From NCBI GenBank assembly GCA_016748015.1, contig JAAOMT010000227.1, forward strand, positions 245,239 through 309,238: DNA of 64,000 nucleotides, in the 5' to 3' direction. The notes beneath the pieces are model-generated. The model saw only the letters and a list, made by a program, of their open reading frames with translations. It had not been told where the DNA came from and did not search any database. The position numbers and the translations under genes are program-made. The stretch is from Geosiphon pyriformis uo1 (lineage: Eukaryota; Fungi; Glomeromycota). Below are positions 26,590-40,800 of this stretch, piece after piece. Within the stretch, counting starts at the first letter, position 1; every line of letters begins with the position of its first letter.

Positions 26590-27087
26590 ACCACATATAA
26601 CAGGTACCTATGTATGTTGGCTGTTCTGGCTAAGCTGTAGTTTCTGTGTATTTCAGTTATTACCAACCAATGCCTAGTACTGCATAGTTTTCATTACCAA
26701 AACTTTGATTAGAGTAATAATACTGTTTACTTCAAAAGAAAAATCATCAATCTTACCAATAAGAGTTTTGGTCACTCCATCAGCCATTATTATTCTGGTA
26801 CTAACAGTGCAATCAACTTGGTAACCTAATTGGTCCATGAGTTGTCATGTGATAATGCTGTCTGTTGATCTATTATCCAGGATCAATTTAATGGTTTGTT
26901 CATCAACTTTGGCATCAGTGTATATTGCTGTGATAGGTTTTTCCTCAAGTACAGCTCTACTGAACAAAAGAATTTCTGATGGTCTTTCAATTTTGAAGGG
27001 AAATATAATTGTAAATGACTCATTTTTCATGACAGTGGCTGGTGGGATGTTGTTGATAATAAGTAGTTGTGTTTGTTTGGTTTTCAA
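26590..27087 (-). pseudogene. Aspartic protease of element D
   Basis: KLILDNRST (eroded DSGS), homologous to E. Confidence 0.8.
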
Positions 27088-27099
27088 GTTGTGGAATGT

Positions 27100-29250
27100 G
27101 GTGTCTTCTGAAGTTACTAGGAGACTTAAATAATTCTAAGAACTCGAGTTTTGGGTGTACCTGGTTTCTGAACTCTGCTGGCATGATCTCAATGGCTGGT
27201 TGGTAGACAACTATTGCTGATCACCAGTTTTGGGTGGTCCTCAATTTGGGATTTTCTGATGTTATCTGAGCTGGCAGTATTGAAATTGGTTGGGGTTGAT
27301 ATATTACTTGAGACTGCAGTTAATAGATAGATTGGGACTGTGGTTGATATATGACAGGTGTTGTCAACTAATAAATTAGAGCTTAATATATGGGTGGTTG
27401 ATAAATTGGTTGTTGTATCATTTGGGTGTAATAAAGTGAGTGTTAATCCTAATTTGGGTATTAATTCAGAGCTTAAAACCTGTGATCAGAGTTTCAATAT
27501 TGGTTTCCCAATTATTGGTTTTCTATTTTTAACCTACAGTCAATTCTCAAATGTTCTTGTTTACTACAGTAATAACAAACATGTGTCTTCTGCTGCCATG
27601 GCTAATTAGATGGTGGTTGAAAATATGACTGATTTTGGGAGCAATTCCTGTTTCCCTGATTATTGTATCATTATGGAAGTTGATAAACTGCCTGATTGTT
27701 AGCTAAATATCTCTCTAATTTTTTGTCAATGGAATCACTGAATTGTTTCAACTTAAAATCTAATTTAGATAATCTGTTCATCATTAGATTGACAGCTTGA
27801 GTGTGATTAGCTTTGAGTTTGGCAAATTCGAAATCCCATATATTGATAACTGTATTTTAAAGAGTTTGTGGGTGCATTGGGTGTATGCATTGGAGGATGC
27901 TACTGTGTAGTCCACAGATGAACTGGTTTAGAATCTGTAGCACTGTAAAATAGTCTGCTTGGTTTGCTTGAATTTGGCACAAGTTCCTGTAGAAACATCC
28001 CAAATAAGTGGTAACTGCTTCAGTTTCTTCTTGTTTGATTGTAGTAAAAGTGTTGGCTAGGTAATTAATACTGTTATTATTACTGAAATATTCCAAAAAT
28101 GCAATTCTAAATTCCTGTAATGTTTGAGGTTTAATGGCTAAACTTTGATACCACGAGTTAGTGGTATCCTATAAGAAATAGGGGATGGCTTGGAGTGTTC
28201 TGGTGTTATTCTATTCATTGGCTGTAATGGCTTTTTCCATATTGTTCAGTCACACTTGTGTATCATCCTTTTTGTCTGTGAATTTCTTAAGTTTTGCTAT
28301 TGGGACATAGGCCTTTGAATCCACATTTGGTTGTTATGGTGATTGAAGAAATAGTGGTTGAGATAATATTGGCAGCTGTTAAGGTTGTTCAGCAATCGGA
28401 TCAATTGGTTGCTGATTGATGATGATTTCTGGAAGTAAGTTTTCCTGATTAATTAACTCAGAGTTCGGATTATTTGGAGTTTGCTGGATTTGAATATTTG
28501 GGGTTTCAACTTCTGGATTTTCTGCAATTGGATTTTGATAATTAAATTCTTTATCCTTTTCTTCCTTTTCTTCTAATGCCATTACCTCTCAGGAACTTGC
28601 ATTTCCGAAATCTGGTTGAGGTAGTGGTAATTGGAATCCTAATGGCATTGGTAATTATGATTTAAATCTTTCAAAGTAATCACCATAAGTTTCTAGTAAT
28701 TCTGCTTTTTTTTGTTTACTTTGAAATGGGAGTTATCTAAATGTTAATGTTATGTTTAATGTGGACGTATCTGTTGAGAAGATATTGATAGCACTTCCTG
28801 GTATATAATAGTATGATGGATTAGTTGGTGATTTAACTCTGGTTTTCTTCCAAGTAAGTGGTTGTATCTGTCTTGGTGTTACTGCTGGTATTTGAAATCT
28901 TCTTTTGCTTTTGTCTACATAGGTAATAAGAAATTGTTGTTGGGTGTACTTTTTAATGGTTTGATTGATTTCTTTAATGATTGATGTAAAACTGTAGTTT
29001 CTTGGTAAGCTGATATGTTAAAACAATTCTGTATAAAAATTTTTTCTTGTAGATTCAATGTTAACTGTTTCTCTTAAGCAATCTGTGATTTTATTGTTAA
29101 TGTAGAAGTTAAAGACTGATTCTACTGGGAAATGGTTATTGTTTAATCCTAATTGTTGGCTGTACTGTTGAAACAAGAATTTGGTGAATCCTAAATGGTT
29201 TGCTTCTATGATTTTTGATTCTGCCACTTTTGGATGATTGTTGTTGGTGC
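27100..29250 (-). pseudogene. gag of element D
   Basis: ORFs 27857-28096, 28379-28582 and 29018-29227 homologous to E gag. Confidence 0.85.
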
Positions 29251-29289
29251 CAGTTCTTTGTAGGATTATATTTCACAGGAAGCACCAAA

Positions 29290-30015
29290 TATTACAGATG
29301 AATATTTGGAGTCTCAAATCAAATAACAAACTCATAACTTGGTGCTTGATTGATATTCTGGTGTTGATATCTGAAGGTTTGGTTGATCTGAAAATGTTGT
29401 TATGGAGTTTTTTGTATAATGGACAGAGATTCAATAGTTGTTTCAGTAACCTCCTGGAATCACAATTCCATCGAATTTTTTTCTTAGCGTGGTGACTGGT
29501 AATCCTCCTGGTAAGCTATCCTCAAATCTATGAGTGTTCTACCCTTGTTTCACGGGTTTTTTACCAGTCTCTATGATGTTTGTAACTTAGTACTTTAATC
29601 TTTAATTAATTAGTAAATAACAACAAAAAAATAAAAAAAAATAAAAAAAATAAAAAATAAAAAATAAGCCAAGACAATAATAGTTAGTATTCCATTAATA
29701 GCAGTAATCAAGAGCTATTATTCTAGTATAGTTAAGTATCAATTACTATCAACATAAAATGTTGATAGTGGAGAGTAAATTTGAGATAGAGAATAATTAT
29801 TTATTAATATTTGTGAGTTAGAAGGTTACTTAAATCAAATCTAAACTGAGAGGTCTGTTTTTTCTATTTCTAATACTACCACTATATATACATAATTGAG
29901 ATTCTTCAATTCCTTAATTCTTCACACCAGAAATTTTGGAATTTCATATTTACTATGGTTACTTCTGATTGGCTAATTTATATGCTAATATACTTTTTAT
30001 ATTCTATAAGTAACA
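29290..30015 (-). repeat. 5' LTR of element D (lacks ~120 bp of U3 repeats)
   Basis: Aligns to 8496-9340; PBS adjacent at 29272-29287. Confidence 0.9.
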
Positions 30016-31260
30016 CAGTATTGAATATTATAGTCAAATTCATCCAAATAAAGTATCTAACAAGTTATTTATTTGTGTTCCAGCTTCTTTTTATTGTGCA
30101 GTCAAACCAAAACTTGATAATCTGTTACCACTAAGATTTTTACACCAAGAAGATATTGATCTTAGTAACTAGTAGCCCAAATTACTGCTAAGCATTCTTG
30201 TTTAGTTACTAAATAATTTTTTTTTGCTGGTGTAAGGGATCTATTGGCATAAGTTATAGTATGTTTCCTGCAGTTTTTATCTTTTTGTGAGAGGACAGCA
30301 CCAAGTTTATAGTCAGATGTATCAGTGTAGAAAATAAAAGGTTGGTTCAGATCAGGTTGTTTAAGAATTGGTTCAGTAACAAGTTTTTCCTTCAGAATTT
30401 CAAAAGCTTTTTGTTGATAAGTGTTTCAGTGATAATTAACATTTTTTTTGAGTAGCTAATTGAGAAAAAAGGCAATTTTGGAGAAATCCTTAATAAATTT
30501 GCAATAGTAAAAAACCAAACCAAAGAAAGAGCATAGTTCAAGAATGTTTATTAGTTGTCTAATGTTTTGAACTTTTTCAACTTTAACTGGGTCAAGAAAA
30601 ATTCCATTTTTTGTAATAAAATGACCAAGAAACTAGATAAATTGACATCCAAAGAAAGATTTGATTGAGTTGATCTTAAGGCCAGCATTTCTGAGCAGGT
30701 CAAAAATCTTTTACAAATGTTCAAAATGTTCATTCCAGGTTTTTGAGTAGACTATTATGTTATCTAAGTAGACCAAAACAAAGTTTTTTTTTACTGATTC
30801 AAATACTTTGTTCATTAGGCATTGAAAAATGAGAGGGCATTGGTAAGACTAAAAAACATGACTGTAAATTCATAGGTGCCATATTTGGTAATCTTTACTT
30901 GCCAAAATCTAGCAGTTAAGTCAATAGTTGAGAAGAAAGCAGCACTATTGAATTTATCTAGAATTACATCAATTTTGGAAAGTGGGTATATGTCTCTTAT
31001 AGAGATGATATTTAATTGGCAGTAGTTAACACAAAAGCATAGGGTTTTACCTTTTTTGGATATTACTACAACTGGAAAAGCCCATTCACTCTTGGTTTCT
31101 TATATAAATCCAAGATCTTTTATCCAGTTTATTTCTTTCTTAATGAACTTATCATTGCATTGATTAAATTGATAAGACTTCAAATAAATAAAATAGGTTT
31201 CTTTAATAGTAATAGTGTGTTGTATCATATGAGTTTGTTTAGAGGCATCATCTTCTTTTG
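30016..31260 (-). pseudogene. RT-RNase H of element C
   Basis: LCFCVNY, VLVYLDN, FIFYTDTSDY, YANRSL on the minus strand. Confidence 0.85.
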
Positions 31261-31795
31261 AGATAACTAAGCTATTTCTAGCCAACAGATTTTCAATGTC
31301 TATTTTTCTTTCTTCAGAAGAAGGTTCTCTTTGTTTTACAACTAGTAATTGAATTTCAGATGGTTTATACTTAAAAAACTTTTGTACTTCTTTTAGTTTT
31401 TTTTTGAGTATTAAACTAATTGGCTTCCAATCTTTGTAATAGATTAGGCAAAACTTGTATTCATTACTAAGAGAATACAAAAATTTATTGCATCAGTATC
31501 TAACACAAGAACCATATTACCAATAGCTATATTTGGCTTTCTTGTTAGGCTTTCTATCAAAGGTTCTTCTGAGAATATTATAATAGAGCCAGCAAATCAG
31601 CTTTCCATTTATCATAATTCTTTTTTTGTCAGCTTTAATATTATCCAGTGGCTTGTTATTGCTAATGAAAATGATATAGGCGAGTTTAGCAGTTTCTTTT
31701 TGTTTTTCTTGATTTTCTTTATCATTACTCTCATTATTATTTGATTTATCTGATTGTTTTTCTTCTTGGTTCTGTTTGGTTACTAAAAGAGTTGT

Positions 31796-32242
31796 CTAAT
31801 GATGGCACTTAACTACAATGGATTTCTCATTACATCTGATTATTAACTTACAAAGTTTATAGTCAAGTAGTGCTTTAACTTTCTTGAGCCACTTATTACC
31901 AACAATAATAATATACTCTTTTGCTTTAAATACTTTCATGTCAGTTTCAATGTTAATGCTATTGATACAAACAGGAACAGCCTTAGCTATGCTTAGGCTT
32001 TTCTTCTTGTTACTATGTATATTGGTCATAGGCCAGATAGAAGATTCATCAATCTTTTTTCCAATAGCTTCCAGAAAATGTTTGGCAATTATACTAACAG
32101 ATAATCTACTATCTAGAATCAAGTCAATAAAATAACCAGCCACTTGGACTTTGCAAATAAGAGTGGTAACATTGCCATTGTCAGCAAGTTCAGTTTGGTA
32201 AGAGTGTTTATTGGTTTTTGGTGTTTTCTTCTTTGAAATCAA
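31796..32242 (-). pseudogene. Aspartic protease of element C
   Basis: LILDSRLSVSII, IIVGNKWL. Confidence 0.85.
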
Positions 32243-32299
32243 TAATTTGTGAAGATTTTTTCTAAACTGTGGATAAGTTATTAGTTGGCCAAATGTAAT

Positions 32300-35030
32300 G
32301 TGTGCTAAAGTTTCTATAAGATCTTTAACAACAAAATAGAGGCCAGATTTTTGTACTATTTCTGAAAGTTCTAACTTTGAAGGATTTTTAAAAACTTTAG
32401 CCTTTGGTGGCTCATTGTTATTAGCAGTTGATTTGGATGCTTTGTTTGAGTTCAGAACGAAATCAATCTTGGCTTTCTTTTTCTTTTTTGTTAATTTAGA
32501 GGTGTTAATTGCTAGTTCATTTATATCATGATCATTATCAATTATGTTAAAAGCATAAAAAAGGTTTTCTTCTAATTGGCTTGCACTTTTACTCTTTGGA
32601 GATGTACCTACCAGTTTAAAGGATAATAAACAGTGGCTTCAACTAGGGGATCTTTTCCAAAAAAATTAATATTGACATGATTAAGTCTTTGATTAAAGGC
32701 ATTGTTGTTAATAGTTCTGTTGATTTAATTGTTATTGTTTCTAGGAACTAAAGAAGACAATAGAGAATTGTTGCAATCTCTGGAAAAATATCTAATTAAT
32801 CCACAGTGATAGTACACAAGTGGGCCATGATTTTGCTGTCTTTGATAAGGGGATTGCTGAGGCTAATTAAAACGGAATTCAAATTTGGATCTTTGTGATT
32901 GCTAATTATTTCTGACTGCTTGGGCTAAGGGTTTTAATAACTGGGCAAGATTAGCTGTAAGCCTATATATTAATTGTTCATTGGGATTTGAAGTTTGGAC
33001 AGTGAAAGAAGTAGCAGCCATTTAAAGAGCAAAGGCCATAACAGAAGCAAAAGCAAAAACTAGTAGTATGGATCTTAAATACATTCTTTGGTTATTTTTA
33101 ATTTGTTGAACAAATTCAATGACTATGTTGTTACTCATAAAATATAGGAAGTATATTAGCATATAAATTAGTCAATCAGAAGTAGTTATAGTAAATGTGG
33201 AATTCCAGGATTTCTCTCAAGAGAAATTGCAAGATTCCAAAAATTGCAGGATTTTTGTACAAAAGAATCGCAGGATTCCAGAATTCCAGAATTCTTCTTA
33301 AAAGGAATTGCAGGATTCCAGGAATTCCTGGATTTCTGGTGTGAAAAATTGAGAAATTGAGGAATCTCAATTATGTATATATAGTAATAGCATTAGAAGT
33401 AGAAAAGACAAACCTCCCAGTTTAGATTTCATCTAAGCAATTTTTTAATTCACAAATATCAAATAAATAACTATTCTCTATTTCAATCTCACTTTTCACT
33501 ATCAACACTTCATGTTAATAGAAATTGATACTTAAACCACACTGGAACAATAGCTCTTGATTACAGCTATTAACAGGATACTAACTTGCAATTGCTTTCA
33601 TTTATTTCTTTATCTTTTTTCTTAATTTTTTTTATTTTTTTTTCTTGTCTTTGGTTTTATTGTTTACTAAGTAATTAAGGATTAAAATGCTGTATTATTG
33701 ATATCACAGATAGCCTAGTAAAAGACCCAGAAATAAGGGTAAGAACATATATTAATGAATAGCTTACCAAAAGAGCATGACTACCAGATTAAACCAGTCA
33801 CCATACTGAAGACAAAAATTGGAAAACCAATTTACCAACCAACTACCTCATCATTGAATTTCTGTCTATTATACAAAGAGCTCAATTCCAAAACCTTCAG
33901 ATACAACCAACATATTAGTATTACTAGCATTATCAAGATATTGAGCACCAAGTTACAGATTTGTTATTTGATGAGACCCTAAATAATCATCTGTAACAAT
34001 GTCTATTGTGGGATTATTTTTCAGGGCCAGAAGAGACCAAAGAGCATATGAGAGATCAGTTTTCAATTCTTTTGTAAAAAAGTGAATTTTCTGTTCTTCT
34101 GTCCAGTTTTTTCTAAAGTTTATTTGTTTGATTAGTTTTTTAATGACTTTGTCATATTCAGTCACAATTTTATCAGGGCCTTAAGTTCTTCTTTCTAATT
34201 GCATATGCTATTTAGATATCAAAATAGGAGTTCTAAATTTTATTTTAAACTAAGTAGTAAAAAGATGTTATCTTCTCCAGCATTTGCCAATGTCTATCTA
34301 ATGATTTTTTGCTGAGCATTGGCATTAGTTTTTTGTAAGAACCAAGTAGCAAAAGAGCCCTAAAGATAGCCACCAATAATTTGGAACTTGTATTCATTAT
34401 TATATTGGTTGGCTGTGATAGCTCTTTCAAAGTTATCCAACCATTCAATTGAATCTTGGGCATCATCTCTGAATAATAGTAATAGGGCATTGTTTCTTCA
34501 TCCTAAAGCAGTTTGTATGCCTTGAAAAATGACCAGAATGTTTTGTTGTATAGGGTCTTAAACCATTGGTTCAGAAATAACTGTTTGTATAGAATGTTCT
34601 GATTCACTTGAGAAGAGATCAAAAACAGGAGCAGTTTAATAGCTTTCTTCTTCTGTTTTAAAGAGTGTTTTAGTTAGCTAATGAGCAGCAATCCAAATGT
34701 GAATTTGGTAATTTAGGTATTCAGAATCAGAGAGCTGTTGTTTAAAGATTGTGAAGTATAAAAGTTGATTGATGCTGTTATTTCTTTCTTCAAAGTTGTC
34801 TTCAAAATAAGCTTGGTCAAAGTAATAAGTTGTATAGACTGTATAGATTTTAGCTGAATGCTCATTCAGAAACCAGTTCTAAAAGTCTTAGAATTGTTTA
34901 CTGGATTTTTTTTAATGGGAAAGCAAATTAAGCAGAAGGACAAAAAATTGAGTTCAATAAAGTCTAAATTGTTTTTGTTGTGTGCTTCAAAGTGTTCTTT
35001 TAATTGTTGTGGCAAGTATGCATAATTACT
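32300..35030 (-). pseudogene. gag of element C, interrupted by a solo LTR
   Basis: Eroded CCHC at ~32770-32815; QKIHFFTKEL; W-type capsid motifs. Confidence 0.7.
33129..33998 (+). repeat. Solo LTR of the D family
   Basis: TGTTACTC...GTAACA with perfect ATGT TSD (33125-33128 and 33999-34002). Confidence 0.92.
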
Positions 35031-35085
35031 TATACAATAGAAAATAAAGTGGATTTTGACAACCTTACAGGAAGCACCACTTTTA

Positions 35086-35762
35086 TATTATGAATTGGAG
35101 TAACAAGTTAATAGATAGCAAGAGAAAACAAGATTGTAGGATGATAAAAAGAATCAAAGAGAATTTAACTTTAAAGAGTATGAATTTAATATGCGAGATC
35201 AGTTTCATAAAATATTTCAATTGCTATACTTTTTAAAAAATAACTAGGAAATCTGAAGGTAGAAAAATAGTCTATATTGTCAACAAATGATTACATACTG
35301 GTATAATTCTATGTTTTATATTGACATTCTTAAAATTCAATATCAGATATCAAATGTACTCTTCAGTCATGTTTTATTCAATAATCTTCAAATGCTACAA
35401 TTATTTAAATTAGGAAAAAGATAGATAAATACCAACAAGTAATCTTTTATCCCAAGATGTTCAAATACTTGAAGGTAAAAAAAGAAAAATTAGTAAAAAG
35501 AGAAGGATTGAGATAAAGTTGTTATTTTATTTCTTTGATTTCTTTGATTTTTATATGCTTTTTTATAACTAAGAGATTCATCACTTATATAACTATCAAA
35601 AATGGTCAATAATCAGGTTAATAACTAAGTCAATGATTAGGTTAATAGTCAGGTCATTGATTAGGTCAATAATTACTATCTAAAAATAGGGTGGCTAATT
35701 ATATAACATCAATGACTAATACATATAATAACTAATAAAAAGTATAAATTTCAATTATAACA
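35086..35762 (-). repeat. 5' LTR of element C
   Basis: Aligns to 5730-6430; PBS TGGTGCTTCCTGTAAGG at 35079-35063. Confidence 0.88.
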
Positions 35763-35769
35763 ATATAAT

Positions 35770-38700
35770 TATTGTTTAAAAGTTGTTTTTTGGTTATAAT
35801 TTTTGGTTTGTATACTTATATTATTTTGAAAAAAAGTTGGTTTAAGCTTATAGCATTAATTTAATATTAATTATAACTGTAAAGAATAATATATTTGTAA
35901 TTTTTAGTAGTAATTTTAATAAAAACAACTCTAATTATTGTGTAAGTTTCAAAAAAAAATTGGATTTAAATTTGTTTAACTCTTTTAGCAGTTTTTTTTA
36001 GCAAATACTCTATGTAATCCAATTTTAAAAGGATTATAAAATATATTAACATTGTTTTAGTTAATAATAGTTTTTGTAATTTGAATTTTAACTAGTCTGC
36101 TTATTAATTATATAAGTTTTTTAATACTAATTATTTTGTTATTTTTATAAATGTTAATTCAGAAAGTTTTTTTAATTTTTAGCTTAATTTTATATAAAAA
36201 CAAGCCAATAGAAACAAATAAAAATACAAAATTTATGGTATTAATATAAATATTTAGGAAAAATTTGGTGGTTTGTTTTTAATAAATACAAAATTATTAA
36301 TAATTTCAATAGAAAATAGAGATTATTTATTTAAATAATACATTCTGTAATTAATATTACACTCTTAAAAATATAATATTAAAGTAAAAAAATGATTAAA
36401 AATTTTATATCTTTTAAATTTTTAAGATTTTAAAAAATTTTAAGTCTGATAACTTAGAAAATTTTCAGATTTTGTTGAACAAATAAATTAAACTAAATCT
36501 AAGTTGAGCTGTAAAATTTAAAGATTTATTTAATATTGGTTTTAGTAAATTAAATATAAAATAAATATTAATTCAATTTAAAAAAATTTACAGATTTTAT
36601 AAGATGTTAAAAGCCAATTTTACTAAAAATAATGATATTAAAATTTTTATTACCAAACACATAAAAGCTTTATTAACAATAAAAAACAAATAATTAAAAA
36701 TATACTAGAAAAATTTTTTTAGAAAAATTATATTAAATAATTTAATTAATAATAATAAATTGATTTTAAAGCTTAATTTTATTAAAAACAAAATAAATTC
36801 AATTATAAAAAACTGAACCAGAAAATACATTGTCAAAAATATTGTTTTTTTTCTTAATTGTAATAGTTTGTTTTACTTAATCATATTAACAATAATACAT
36901 TTTTTAATATTATGAAAAAGATTGGTTTAGATAAATATTTACTGGTTATTAATAAGTTTTTTTTGATAGTAAAGCTGTGAATTTGTCTAAGCTATTTAAT
37001 AAAATATAAAAATATTGTAAAAGTTTTATGTTAAATCTCTTTTAAGTTTGTTTAATAAGTGTTTAAAAAAAAAATGGTTTTTAATATTTAAAAAAAATCT
37101 GAATATTAATAATTCCTAAGTCTAATGAATAAAAAAGCATTTTAATAAATACTAGACTTATTGTTTAAATAAAAACTATGAAAAAAATACTTTTCAAAAT
37201 TTTATTTAATTATATATTAAAAATTTATAATAAATTTAATGTCTTAAGAGAAAACAATTTTTTAGTTTTAAAAAACATATTTATTTAATTAATATTTAAG
37301 AATGTTTTAAAAAAAAACAAAAAAATTTGGTTGGTGCTTCAAAATATGTACAAAACATATAACTCTGTAAATTAAATATATTTGAAAAATAATTTAATAA
37401 TAATAAAAATATATAACAAATTTATTAAAATCTTTGAATATATATATAATAGATTTCAGTTTGTTTATTAAATATAAAATTTATGATGACTTAAATTAAA
37501 ATAAGATTTTTTTTCTTTTTTGTAAATAATTTTTTGCAACTTTTTTTTGTATAAAATAAAAAAACATGAATTTTTTTTAAATATTAGATTAATTCTAAGT
37601 TTATAATAAAAACTACTAAAATTAAATCTAATATAAATCTAATCTTGTTTATAGTTATTGGTATATTTGTTAATAGCATAATTAAAATTAATAATAATTA
37701 TACAATAATACAAAATATTTTAAATATTGCTAATAAGTTTTTTGAGATTAATAATATAGTAATCAATATCAGAATTAAAAATATTTTTATTAAATATAAA
37801 TAATTCTCTTATTTTAATTGTTAAATCTGATAAAACTTACCAATATTTAAGTATTTATTTGTTAACTAATAATTTTTTTGGCCTTAATTTGAAGAAAACA
37901 AATTTAGATATAAAGTTTTTTTTAATAGTTTTATAAAAAACCATTTTTGATAAACAGTTTTTATATTTGGTTTTAACTGTCTTATAACTTATTATTGATT
38001 ATAAAATTTATTTTAGGTTTGTCAACAAAAGTATTTATAAAAGATAAAATTATTTAATTAAAAAATTTTAAAGTTAAAGACTAATTTGTTCCAAAATTTT
38101 TCGAATAAGATTATATATTATTCATTTTTTTATAATTTAAAGTTTTTTAATTAGATTTAAATAAAAAAAGATGGTTTTAGTTATAAACTTTGTTAATGCT
38201 AATAAAATTTTTGACAGATTTTTCAAATATAAATTGTTTAATTTACAAGTTTTAAGTTAGATCTTTTAAAATCCATTTTAGTTTTTAATTAAATTGAAAA
38301 TCAATCTTTTAAACAACTTTTTGGTTAATATTACCAGAATTTTTTTGATTAATAAAGTTTTTTTGATAGTTTACATATTTAGTACATTCTATTTTAAATA
38401 TAATATTCTTGTTTTAGAAATTTTGAATTATATTAAATATTTTAGAATAGTTAAATCTCTTAAATATTCCAGCATAATTTTTGTTAATTAATTTCTGAAC
38501 AGTTATAAGAAATATTTTACTTAAAAAAACTTTTGTTATTAGAAATAGTTGAATCTCAAAAACTTTGTTTCTTTTTGGTTTTTATTAATTTTTAAGTTTA
38601 TTATTACTAGTTATCTGGCTAAAAATTATTTGTTATTTTTTTAATTATTTAAAATAAAAGTATTATATACAAAAATTTTTAATACAGTTTATTTTGGTTT

Positions 38701-40800
38701 AAAAAATATTTGTTTGCTTAAATTACAATTTTTACAGATAGTTTAATTAAAAAATTTAGTTTGTTTAATATAGTTAATAGTATGTTAACTTATTTTTCTA
38801 AATATAAATATAAATATAAAAATTCAAGATTTATTTTTTTTGACTTTAATTAAATTATAGATCATAATTTTAATTCTTAAATGTGTTTTAATATCTATTA
38901 AAGTTATAATTTACTTAGGCAACCAAACAATTTTAAATGTTTGTTAAATAAAATTGAATTTTATTGTGCTTAATTTTTGCAATAATTGCTAAGTAAAATA
39001 TTATTATATAAATAATATATTTAATAATAAAAATATTTTATTAAGATAATTAAAAATAAAGACATTTTGCTGTTTTTAATAATAAATATACTAATTAACT
39101 AGCAAAAATTAGATTATTTTTTCTGATTTAATATTATTGACTAATATTAAAAAATTTTTTTAAATACAAATAACAAAATTGTTTTTAATAATATATATTA
39201 CTTTATTAAATTTATAAATTATACAGTTTAATATATTTTGTAAAAAGTTAAATTTGGTTTTAATATTGTAAATTTTTATATATTAATAATATTAATTAAT
39301 ATTTTGCCATTTTGGTTTGGTATTTTAACTTATATATAATTATTAAATATATTAATATTATTATTATTAGTTTATACATATATATAATAAAAATTTTATA
39401 TAAAAAGTTGACTATTATAATTAAAAAAAGATTTATAACAAGTGCTATTAATTTTATTTATGAAATAAACCAGAAAAAATAAAATAAAAGAATATAATAA
39501 AAATAATTAATAATAGAATATAAAATTATTAAAGTATATAATATTAAAAATTCCAGAAATTTTAAAAATATCAACAAAAATACCAAAAATTTCAGAAATA
39601 TTAAGAATTTTAGCAATAATTCAAAAGAATTATAAGAATTTTAAAAATTTTGTATTATAAAAATTTATGTATATATAGCAAAAATATTAAAAACAAAAAA
39701 AACAAACAAGTTAAGTTTTATTTTATAAAATAATTTCTATAGTTAATAATTTAATACTTAAAATCTATAATTATTTTAAATAAAATTATCAATTATATAT
39801 ATATATATATATATTTTTTTTTATATAAACACAACTTTATGTATTTCAATTTATTTTATTAAATCTTAATTAATTTTATATTAATATTAATAATATATAA
39901 TATAATACTATTAATAATATTAAAACAATAATTTTTAATTATAATTATTAATAAAATATTAATTTTTATTATATTTTTTTCTTTTTGTTTTGTTTATATT
40001 TACTAATTAATTAAAAAAAAACACTAAAATTATAACATTAAAAATTGTTTATAAAAAATGTTAAGATAAAATATAGAATATAATTAAAAAAACTAAAATT
40101 GCTTATTAAAAAAGTAAAAAATACCAAAATAAACTGGTTATTATATTAAAAAAATTAGATATTAAGTATTATCTACTATTATATTAAATCTTTGTTTATT
40201 ATATAAAAAACTTTATTATTAAAATTTTTAAATTAACTAATTAATAAATATAAATACAAAGTATATATTATAACAATATGAAATTTTTTATTTATAGTTT
40301 TATATATAGCTTGAATTTTTGTATTTATAAAAAATTATTGTAAGTTTTAGAAGTCTTTAACTAATGTAAACTTGTTATTTTTTGCTGTATTTTAATTTTG
40401 TATTTAAGTGCCAATAATATTAACTTATATCTGGTTCTGAATAAAGGTTTTGTGTTTAAGTTTTGGCTGGCTAAAGCTAAAGCTGTTTTTGTAAATATAA
40501 ATTGGCCATTTTCTATTTAGTTGATTTTGTGTATAGTTTGGTCATAAGTTACAGAAATAAGATTTTTTTATCCAACTCAAAACTCCGAGTGGAATTGGAA
40601 AAATGTGATTTGTTGTATAATGTGAGATCAGTGCTAATTGTCATTTGATTGCCTTTTGAAAGAGATGGCTCATTTATTAGAAGTGGTAGTTCCAGAATTG
40701 GATATTTGTTTTTTACTAGTGCTAGCATGTAAATCTAGTTGTATAGTATTGTCTTGATCGGCTGAGTGGCTGGTCACATTTAATTTAGAACTCTATGTAG
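35770..40800 (+). mobile_element. Heavily AT-eroded non-LTR (LINE-like) retrotransposon
   Basis: Remnants GIFVNS (FVDD-like) at ~37660, ILNIANKFFEIN, YQYLSIYL, DKQFLYLV, and C-terminal NKGFVFKFW at ~40440; limits approximate. Confidence 0.55.
39452..40275 (+). repeat. Very eroded solo LTR of the D/F family within the LINE
   Basis: AATTCCAG-type U3 repeats, AATTTATGTATATATAGCA as in the F LTR, ends TATAACA. Confidence 0.5.

Larger units (their letters stand above)
8496..30015 (-). mobile_element. Ty3/Gypsy element D with dUTPase, inserted in C's RNase H, interrupted by E
   Basis: LTRs 8496-9340 and 29290-30015, TSD CAAT/CAGT, PBS 29272-29287, PPT 9341-9356. Confidence 0.9.
5730..35762 (-). 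mobile_element. Ty3/Gypsy element C (no dUTPase); hosts D/E and a solo LTR
   Basis: Homologous LTRs 5730-6430 and 35086-35762, PBS 35063-35079, PPT from 6431; its RNase H frame rejoins across D (IQY-C-KGANHQNADAL). Confidence 0.85.

Noticed and set aside
1-35762. Alternative genetic code (e.g. Mollicute endosymbiont, TGA=Trp) explaining the stops
   Set aside because: All three stop types occur, at different positions in each copy, and fit C>T/G>A decay.
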